Shown here piece after piece: positions 36,911 through 64,000 of a stretch of 64,000 nt of DNA. A program made the position numbers and the translations under genes. Position 1 is the stretch's first letter. Each line of letters starts with the position of its first letter. This DNA comes from Botryllus schlosseri. Taxonomy: Eukaryota. Location of the stretch: the NCBI GenBank assembly GCA_051294905.1, contig CM119371.1, positions 10,604,001 to 10,668,000 on the forward strand, given 5' to 3'. Below the pieces are notes generated by a model. The model had not been told where the DNA came from. It saw nothing but the letters and a program-made list of their open reading frames with translations, and searched no databases.

Positions 36911-38689
36911 TCATAAATTTAGTTCATAGGCCTGCTGACATGAATCGCAAGGGCGATTACTGCATCAATGAAATCGATTGCAATCATATGATTATTTCTG
37001 AAACGTTATATATTACTGTTACGAATGTAGCCAAATCACCGAGTAGTCGATTACGATTATGATTGCATTGGAAAATAATCATGATTATTCACAGCTTCAG
37101 CCTGCAACACATATTCCCAGACAATACTCTAAACAGGATCGAGCAACATACAACCCGCGGACCGGATTAGTGATTCTGAGCGGTCCGCTGAGAGTTTCCG
37201 GCCGTACATTACAATGCGGCCCACGGCCAAAGTGTACCGCAATTCCCTGCTACTTGATCATTACGTCAATTGATAGTGACTGTAGGTAAATTCGTTCGCG
37301 CGTGTGTGCGTGTGTTTGATTGTAGTGCGAGAGTGGCGCTTACGCGTAAGTTCGTCAACACAAAAAGGAGTGAAATACCCGAAGGGCTCGGCAACCTTTC
37401 GTATGCAACGTGCCAAAATATCAAAGACGTCAAATATTACCAATAATATTTATCGTTTCATTCAAGCACGAAATCCCATCACCCGCTTATCCGCAGCTGT
37501 CATCTGTTGCGCCAGTGATTCTTGCAGTATTGGTCGCGAAGGATATAAATTTCGGTCGCTACCGCACTAGACATATTGCCTAATGTAGGTAATATTTGCA
37601 TCATTTAATTTTCGTCGCGTAATGATTGATCTTCTGTGGTTGCTTTGGTCGTTTCCAAGTCCACTGTGCTCGGTACCATAGCCAATAAGCTACATAACCA
37701 TCAAAGATGTCACGATGATATGACCACCCATGTATCATACAAGTCGGTTTGATGTCATGTTAGGGTAGGTCTTACACTAGATTTGTCTACACGCTCCAAA
37801 GATCGCGGTAAAGGTTGTCTTTGATCCAGAACACAGAGTCCAAATTGACTTTTCGACATGGGACTCATTTGATACGTCCAACTCAGGCTGCGGGTTCGGA
37901 CTATTCGGCGACTGGACTGTGGACACTGGACATACCAAATGTCGCACGCATTGACCAACACGCGGTGGTTATTATACTTCAATGTTTTATCGCCGTCAGC
38001 CATTTCGCAGCGCGCACTGCGCACGGAGTCGCATGTTGCCCGAAACATGTGTCTCATCCTAGCGTGAAAATGCCACTCGGCGAAATGTAGGTAAATAGTC
38101 GCGCATAGTGCGCGCCCCTAGACTAAAGCATCTAAAAACGGTTCCATACGATATAAGGTTGTCGTATATACAATTTGGGGTTTCCCACATTAAAACCAAG
38201 AAATTAGATCCTGGTAGACCGCGCGAAGCACGTAAAAAAGTTTTCAATAAAAATAAAATCTGCCACAAAAGATTCTGTTTTATGTTGACTTACGAAATAA
38301 TTTTGGGTCGTCTACGAGTGAAAAAGCTTAAGTAACATGGTTTGCAACAAACATGGTTATGGTATGTCGAACGCGTCAAATCATTTGGGGTCCCATGAAA
38401 AATCATCTCGCGTGCCGGAGGTTGCGACCCCTGCATTAAGCTACCGGCATTTACGCATGTACTCAACCGTACTGAATTGATATCCTGGTAAATTTGGAAA
38501 AATCCCAAGCCCTCGTTCGTATTCGTACTATATACTTTATACAAGGGGCGCCCAATATACGACCCGTGATCACATTTTGCCACATTTCTCCAGTACTTTC
38601 TCAATTGCTCACTATACGTTAAATTATGGTACATAAGAATACCATAGTGCATGATGTGCATATGCCGCTGGATAAGGAAAAAGAACATA

Positions 38690-38868
38690 TAGCCTTATTT
38701 GGCTTTTTAGGTCTTGTTCCACCACCTCATGCTAGCCCGGTAATGCTGATCGTCAAGCGGGGAACCCGTGGATACCATTGTTAATAATCAGGTCTTTGGT
38801 CTGACCGGCCGTGGATTCAACTCAACATCTTACATATCATGAAGCCGGACGCTCCACTATTACGCTAT
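38690..38868 (-). mobile_element. tRNA-derived SINE (possibly MetaSINE-like central domain)
   Basis: Minus strand: A-box-like tagcgtaatagtgg, degenerate B-box gagttgaatcc, then ggtcagaccaaagac...aatggtatcc...ccccgcttgacgatcagcatt. Confidence 0.55.
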
Positions 38869-39711
38869 CTTTTCTATACCTGGGGTTGCATTTAAAACAG
38901 AAGCCAATTTAAAACAAATATGTTTAAAACAAGGCCCTTGTTTAAAACAATTTTTAAAGCCATGACGTCACGACACCCTCTTTTCTAAATCATCAGATTT
39001 AAGTTGCTGTCACGCCGGCGGCCAATATCACTCGCTAATTGTATGTAGCCTACCCGACTCGAAATCTTGAATTGTGCGATACGTTGATTAATCAAAGAGC
39101 AATAGCAGACATGGCGACGCCCATATGAAAACTCAGTTTTCAAATACACTTTGTTTTCCTGATCAACGGCGCGAAATGAACCGCTGAGGATGTTACAGTC
39201 ACAATTACAAACTCGAATTACTCAACGCCGTAGCTATCCATATTCTTCATAGGTGAGTTGGCTATTGCTCTGTCTAGTACCGGCGATAAAATGCATGCGT
39301 GTAGCGCAACATTATGGTGCCGCTGAATACTTTGAGAATTGAAAAGTCGATAAGTAATTTGATTTTCGAAATCAGTGTGACAGTCACGTTCGACTGATAT
39401 CAGTTATAATAAATTCTAAGCTACTTACGATAAATTGCGTTATCAATGGAGAGGCTTGACCCGTCTGTGCCTTACCTCTCGTTTCGAGCTTCATTTTCGG
39501 ATAGTAAATACCACTTTTTACAGAGAAAATATGACGCACACGAGAATCCCATGCAGTGAGTTCGAATTAGTGCTACCATGACGTCACGAATTTTGAATTG
39601 TGACGTAACAGTTGATTGACATGTATGGCTCTCTCGAAGTTGAGATGAAAAAAGAGGGTCAATATGGCTCTTCGGACAAAAAAGGTTTCCGACCTCTGCT
39701 ATAGGCTATAG

Positions 39712-41473
39712 CAGAGGTCTCAAACTCAGATGTGCTCGCGGGCCAATTTCTTGGTTTCGATAACGCCGCGGGCCGCACCACCAATAATAGGGATGTTCAA
39801 CACAGAATTTCCAAGTAGGACTTATTTGACGGGAGCTTGAAGACAAGCATTTCATAAACATCATGAAAATGTAATTTACTATTGTATACTATTCACGCTT
39901 GGCACGGAAAAAAATCATATTTTCAATTATTTGAATAAAATTGTTTTTATGCCGAGCATTATTTGTTCAAATATTGAGTTATAGACATCATGCGAGAGGA
40001 TACATCATGACATCGTCCAACTGTCGGGTTATAATATTGTAGCAAGTGGACCTTTAATGTGCCACAACTTTATGTAGAATATTTTAAAATCTACTGAAGA
40101 TTGATCTGATATCAGAGCATTTGAGCGGTGTAGCCTAATCCGATTTATGATATAGTATGTCATTGCCAAAGTCGTATTAAATCAGCATCATATTTTGCCT
40201 TCGATTAATATTGGAACATAAAATACACATAATATCACATAATACACATAAAATCGCGCGTAGGGCGAAGACCATTTTCCAGTTGAATAAATTGGTCAAG
40301 AAAATATTCCTCAGCATATAGGCCTAATTCCACAATGCATCTCGTATCCCATGATGTGGTGCTCCGTACCCCGAAGGGGTCTACGGACCCTGGTTAAGAA
40401 CCTCTGGAATAGAAATGGCCAATCGCCGATGAATTCATTGGTGTTACAGCTTACGGCTGTGGAGCGTACTACTACCTTATTCTCCACCGATAATAACATG
40501 GATACAGAGAACAGACAACACCCAGCATGCAACCAACTATACGTCACGGGGGTTAGATAATGCCGATGGTTGCCATACTGACCAGTGATGAGCGGACAGT
40601 GCTCTTTGAGACTCCGAATCCCTTCGACAACTTTTTTGTCTGAGGAAAACTCCCTCCGACTCCGAACGCCTCAATCCCAGACTCCGAGATACTCACAGGA
40701 ATCTCGTAAAGTATCCGAAACAGTGGCAAGCATGGTACACTTGATGGTAATGTGTTTTACTAAATTAATCTGATAATATGGTTGGCCTCGTATTGTCTAC
40801 TCTCCAGTCCCCAATTGCAGTGCAGATGGCTGATTTTTTTGCACTTGGCAATCAAAAAATATCTGTAGTAAACTCCGACTCCGCTCCGACTGTCACAAAA
40901 TCGGCAAAACTCCGCTCATAATCCACTCCGACTCCGCTCCGATGCTAATCACTGATACTGACCTGATTATATAGCTATATATATCTGCTCAACGCATGCT
41001 ACGACCTTTTGATATATTACTATTCCCCGTGACAGTTTTATAGATTGTTGCATCCGTAGGATTGCCAAGTCACCGTTCCGAGTCGCAAGTCCTTCTCTGA
41101 TTTTAACGTTTGACTCGACTCAACTCGAGTCACTTTTATTTAATGACCCAGTTAATCCGAAATCGAGTCATTTTACGAAAAATCGCACAAACCCAAATCA
41201 GTCACGAATCATCAACGGGTCATGTTTTATCATCATGAACTAGAAATATGACGTAATAGCTGATCTTCTACCGCAAGGTAGCTTTTAAAAGTGATGTGAT
41301 GGTGTAAGTTTGTTGGGATTTCAGTGTTTTATAGTAGTTTTAGTGTGAACTTCAAGTTCCTATATCTAAAAAAGATATGTGGCACTGGAATATATTGTCG
41401 AATACTTGAAATTCCAAAATGCCGTCGCGGGCCGCACAAAATGTTCTCGCGGGCCGCGTGTTTGAGACCTCCA
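39712..41473. mobile_element. hAT-like element with nested MITE 40583-40954 (TSD atactgac); related copy from about 16048
   Basis: TIR cagaggtctcaaac / gtttgagacctcca; TSD ggctatag. Confidence 0.82.
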
Positions 41474-42284
41474 GGCTATAGCATAAAATGAAAAAGAATT
41501 CGACGAGATAATTGAAGTCAGTGGTTCATCTTCGCTCAGCCAGTCCGGACTCAAAAAGAAGATGTCAAACTGATTTTGAGTAAACATTGAATATGAAATT
41601 TTTGTTCTTTGGTCAAATTTTCAATTTCATTTTCAATGGTATTGTTCCTTCAACACTGTTGGTGAGGCTTAGCTCATTTTGTGTGCCGGTATTCTACATA
41701 GTAATGTATAAGATTTGAAATGTTTCGTTTTTGTACCAAGTGAAAATTTGGTGTTCGCCGGAAGCGTTCGGATTAACGCAAGGTTTCGCCAAGTTTGTAA
41801 AAGTCAAGAACCGCTGATCTATATAGCGTCTCGCTGTGTTAGGAATTGATGGCGACGCGACTCATTCAGTAACTGCTATATGAAATTATGTAGCCATACC
41901 AAATACATGATATTACTTTCTATGCACTGTCGACTTCCTTCTCGAAATCAACTGCATCTTATACACTCGATATACCTATACGGGCTGAATATAAAGTGCT
42001 GGCAACTGATACTTTCGAGTGATTACTGAGGGATTTGTGATAGGCCTATATATAATGGTCACATGGAGCATGACTGTCATTGATCGAGATATAGGCGATA
42101 TGTAAATTTGTAACGTTATTCTAACGTCGTTTTAGTGTGTACGAATAGAAAAATTATTGAAACCGATAAAGGTAGACCTAAGTAGGGATATTAATACATA
42201 AACCATAGTTGTATAGTTTCCAGAAAAGGGCAATCGTTTCGTTATTCAGAGCGCTGCTGTAGGCTACAGAAAAGTAGCAGAAAA

Positions 42285-59957
<17,673 letters not shown>

Positions 59958-60664
59958 GTGAGTAATGAGTAGGCTATTCCTGTCTCAGCAAACACCTGCT
60001 GCGAAGAGGTTGATCTCTATAACATATTCGTATTAAAACACATAATTGAGTCATATATAAGAGCTCCTCAACCGGGTGTATCGTACACCCTAGGGCAGGG
60101 GTGGACAAACTTTTCAGCTCGCGGGCAGCACTATATAAAATTAATATAAGAATCGTAAATTGAATATTGTTATTTGAGTATATAGTGACCTACAATACGA
60201 AAATATCAATATGTATTTGTATATTTAAAACAAACCGAACATTCACTTGATGATAACGTACACGCGTCCGAAACATTGGCGAGAATTATAAGCTGTTCGT
60301 CCCCATTATCAAAATTTGGGATGAAAGTCGGTTGTCCCGATTGCTAGAACTGGATGTAAATTTTAGTCCGTGAGCATTGATCTGTTCATGGATTTGCTGA
60401 TTGTATTTTTGGTTTAACACATATTGCTAACATCATCATAACCTTGATTATTTCAAATACGCTTCTACACTATCTAAATATTATGAATACAAATACTTGT
60501 ACAGGTACACCTACAAAAAACGAATCTATCTAACACACTCTAAGAAACTTGCTCGTGTTGCCAATATAAAATCACACTCGTGGTCAGAATTAAGTCATTT
60601 ACGTTTCACGCTTTGTGATGTTTTAGAATTGAAACACTTCAAAATGCATGGCCGCAAGGTCGGG

Positions 60665-61159
60665 CTATCGCTGCATCAATAAAATACAATAAAGACTATC
60701 AGTGGCGGCTCGTGACAATATCGGGTGGTGGGGCAAAGGCCGCAAGCGACTTGTTATCAATATGACGTCACAGTAGCGTTTTTCAACGTTCATGATGGTC
60801 ACATGAATTTCCCGTAAACAATGATTTTGGGATTTTTGGTGCGCTTTCACACGCTCTGACAAATGCTTCAGATCGCGATAACCAATTTTGTTCCAACAAG
60901 AGCCACTGCTTCCGGTACCGGCACTGTCGAATAAAAGACAGTAAAAGCAAAACAAGGCGTTTTTATCCTCGCTATAAGTAAGCCATTCATTTTGATCGAA
61001 ATGCGCTGAAGAAAAGGCACGAGTGCGTTTTCCTCCGGCGTACGATTGGACCAATGGGCAATTTCTAGGCTGATACGGACCTAGTCGCTTTACCTCTAAT
61101 TTTTGCTCTAAAGGCAGCTGGCTAAACGGCGTACGGAGCAAAGATTCAACACGATTCAT
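60665..61159 (-). mobile_element. Truncated hAT transposase N-terminus (ZMYM1-like, TTF-type zinc finger)
   Basis: R.F...F...EWLTYS..KNALFCFYC.LF...W...G..D.KHL.....H..S..H motif; TIR-like cagtggcggctcgtg near 60700. Confidence 0.8.
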
Positions 61160-61569
61160 GTTCGCACTTGACCTGACTACTTATCTGAAGAAATGGAAAT
61201 GACTATAAATCGAGAGATTGCGTATGCCTTACTGGAAAGGTCAACGAGTTCGGACACATACGCAATTGTTATCTCATAGATTGGACAAGGAAATGTCATA
61301 TTGAATCCAAAACATCATTCTGAAGAACTACGGATAGCAGCCTCGGAAATTCGGTCCCGGTACAGCTTGGGAGATTTTGACCTTGAGGCTGGAGATTGTC
61401 ACACGACACATACGGCCTACGGTCTATAGTGTCTACTGTCTATATGTCTGCTGCAAAATCGCCTTCGGAAAATATATTACCGAATAAATACGTGGATGAA
61501 AGCCGAAAACTTGGTACACTGTTACATGAAATCATCGAGAAGTAGCCTCATGACCGTTTTCGGTATGGT

Positions 61570-62898
61570 CAGGCCGTGTTATTTTTGGCATATGCCAAAA
61601 CTGCCAAAAATAGCTTATTTTTGGCATTTTTCAATTTTTATTTTTGGCAGTTTTGGCATCGACCTCTAAATAGATATTTTCAGACTCGAATTATTCATAA
61701 CAACGCTTTATTTGGGTCAGTTTATCAAAAGAGACCAAAAAATGTGCAGCATCCACTTATAATCAGTACCAACAAACAATAATAGGAAGAAAAAACCCAG
61801 CGATTACATAGGTTAATAATATCAAACGAAACCACAAACTGTGCAGTCGGTATTGGTGCCAATAAGCAAAAAGAATGAGAAGCCTAACAAACACGCTCAA
61901 CACCTGATTGTTACAGCTTTTGAATAGACTTAAATTGTTTGCACTGTAACAGTGCTTCCAAACTCAGGTCAGCAAAGTTTCTCCTGAATTAACTTTTCGC
62001 CCAACGAATCTGGGAAATATCGGCTTCAACAGTAGCCGTTGAGGGAAAGAATGTTGCCAGTCCTCCACAAAAGGTTTTCATAGCTTCAAAATTTTGGAGG
62101 GCAGAACCGGCTTCCAAGCATCATGAAAAGAGATCACTGCGGTAGTGCCATCGATCTCATCGCGGAAAGAATTTTCCTCCCGATACTTTTCCAGGAGTTT
62201 CCTGTGTTGTCTCTCAACACATTCTATTTTGTAGCCCGACCATCCCATCTCCATCAGTCTACCGATACATTTTAGGAGGACTTTTGTCACGTCAGATGGC
62301 TTTAATATTACCAACTCACATGGAAGAGTCCTGGGAAGGTTAGCTTGTTTAAGAACATTAACGCAACAAGACTGTCTGGCAAAACGAGACTGCAGCTCAG
62401 AAATAGCCGGACTGTTTGTTTTGTCACAATGCAAAAATCGTGGTTGAATCTGGGGGTTCCAGATCCATGAGCAGAATACAATTTATATTTTAGTAATCAG
62501 TACAGCGGAAGCTGTCCATTGATACCCGTTTTATCAAATTTAGCGCTCGGCAAGCTGGTCAAAAATAGCCGTAAAATTGCCTCTGGACGAATGGAAAGTA
62601 TGACGTAAACCAAATGCAGTCAGCCGTTCAATCTCGCTGTGCCCACACCATTTAGGACACCATGCTTTCTCCCCTAATGGGTGGGCTGGACCCATAGAGT
62701 TCGAAACCTGCCCTTCACACACGCTCTTCTCGCTTGTAATGCGGTCCTGTTAACACAACACCATGAACGAAATACACTATTGGCATGCCGTGTTATTTTT
62801 GGCATATGCCAAAAATTGGTTATTTTTGGCATTTTCAAATTTTTATTTTTGGCAGTTTTGGCATCTGGTTCCTGAAATGCCAAAAATAACACGGCCTG
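61570..62898. mobile_element. hAT-like element with decayed transposase-like remnant on the minus strand
   Basis: TIR caggccgtgttatttttggcat; 8-bp TSD ggtatggt on both sides; interrupted coding remnant (PSTATVEADIS-like) at about 61930-62760. Confidence 0.8.
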
Positions 62899-63039
62899 GG
62901 TATGGTACACTGTCAAAATTAATACGAATTGATCAACGCCGAATTTTGCGTAAAATTTACTGAGGAATAGGCTGATCAAGCGATAAGCTGTTAGCCGCCA
63001 TCGAAAACGAAACAGCTATCGCGCTTGACAGGGGTTGTA

Positions 63040-63850
63040 ATTGTGAGCAAATGGCCCGAAGGCCACCATTCCACGGTGAAATTGACATTGGAGAATATAA
63101 AATAAAACTAAATATTTGAATGCAAACCGAGGATGTTAGTAAACTGTTTCATGATATCATCATCTCATCACCTATCTCAGTATGGAACACAGATACACCG
63201 GCTTTTGCGTGAAATCCGCAATGCGTTAGGTAGGCCTAGGCTAAGTGTCAGATCAGCGCACACCGCACATCTCTACCATACTCGAACTTGATAACGAAAT
63301 TGCTGCCCTAATCATTGAGTGCCAACCTTGAGACTTGGCACAGCGTTCGATACTAAAATCAAAACATACCATGTAAAAGCTCATGACGGATCTAGCTAAG
63401 GAGCATCGTTAAAATTAATGGAGACCAATACCGGCTTTGCGTGAAATATGTTTGCGATACATGACGGATCAGCACACACTCGACTTTGGAAACGGAATTA
63501 CTACCCTAAACTTTGAGTAGAAACCCTGAAACTTAGGACAGTGTTAAATACCACCATCACGACATGACATACCAAGTTTCAAGAATTATCATGGTGTGAA
63601 ACACCATCAAAATCGACCTATACCAGCAAAGGTCGACTCAACGCATATCACGGTATCCGAGTTCAGATATAGATACGATTGTTACATCACACCTTAGGGG
63701 CGACAGGCATATATGCCCCGGTTGCTCGGCCATTTTACGAATAGGAGAGAGTATATCACCGTTTCTTAATTGTGCACGGCTTTGAGAGAATAGATAGTGA
63801 AAGCTTGTTATGAGCGCTACCGGGGCAAGCCCCGGCTAGGCATTCACAAA
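63040..63850 (+). mobile_element. Possible non-autonomous Helitron/Helentron-like element with internal ~230-bp tandem duplication
   Basis: 5' ttgtgagc with hairpin tggcccgaaggcca; 3' hairpin ccggggc-aa-gccccgg, then CTAG, then ttcacaa; duplicated units near 63190 and 63425. Confidence 0.45.
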
Positions 63851-64000
63851 GCGAAAACACAGAAGAGTGTTCGTATGTATGGGCATTTGCAAGCGAAAGC
63901 ACAAGAAGAACGCGGGTTTCGCTGTGATCTCGGTATATATTGAGCGCTGTGCGTCTATAAATGGTTAAATTGTTATTGAACGGAATTTTAGGTGGGGCAA

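Overview
This is AT-rich eukaryotic (metazoan) genomic DNA, densely packed with MITEs. Several very short introns (49-75 nt) and the gene content suggest an invertebrate chordate such as an ascidian (inference). Two divergently transcribed intron-containing genes were rebuilt by hand from splice sites and frame continuity. (1) The minus strand carries a complete bifunctional peptidylglycine alpha-amidating monooxygenase (PAM): 20 coding exons, 32082->5810, about 862 aa, with signal peptide, PHM, His6 linker, PAL, TM helix and acidic tail. (2) The plus strand carries the 5' part of an intelectin-like lectin gene (5 exons, 42285->59957, continuing past the window). It lacks a cleavable signal peptide and instead has a cytoplasmic tail with a hemITAM-like Tyr motif (YEEGYLDI) and a type II transmembrane anchor. 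Introns and the intergenic region hold nested non-autonomous DNA transposons (many with 8-bp TSDs), foldback elements, a CR1/L2 LINE 3' end, a SINE and Penelope-like retroelement remnants. The Penelope-like repeats carry two families of minimal type I hammerhead ribozymes with palindromic stem III. Most ORFs in the supplied track are spurious.
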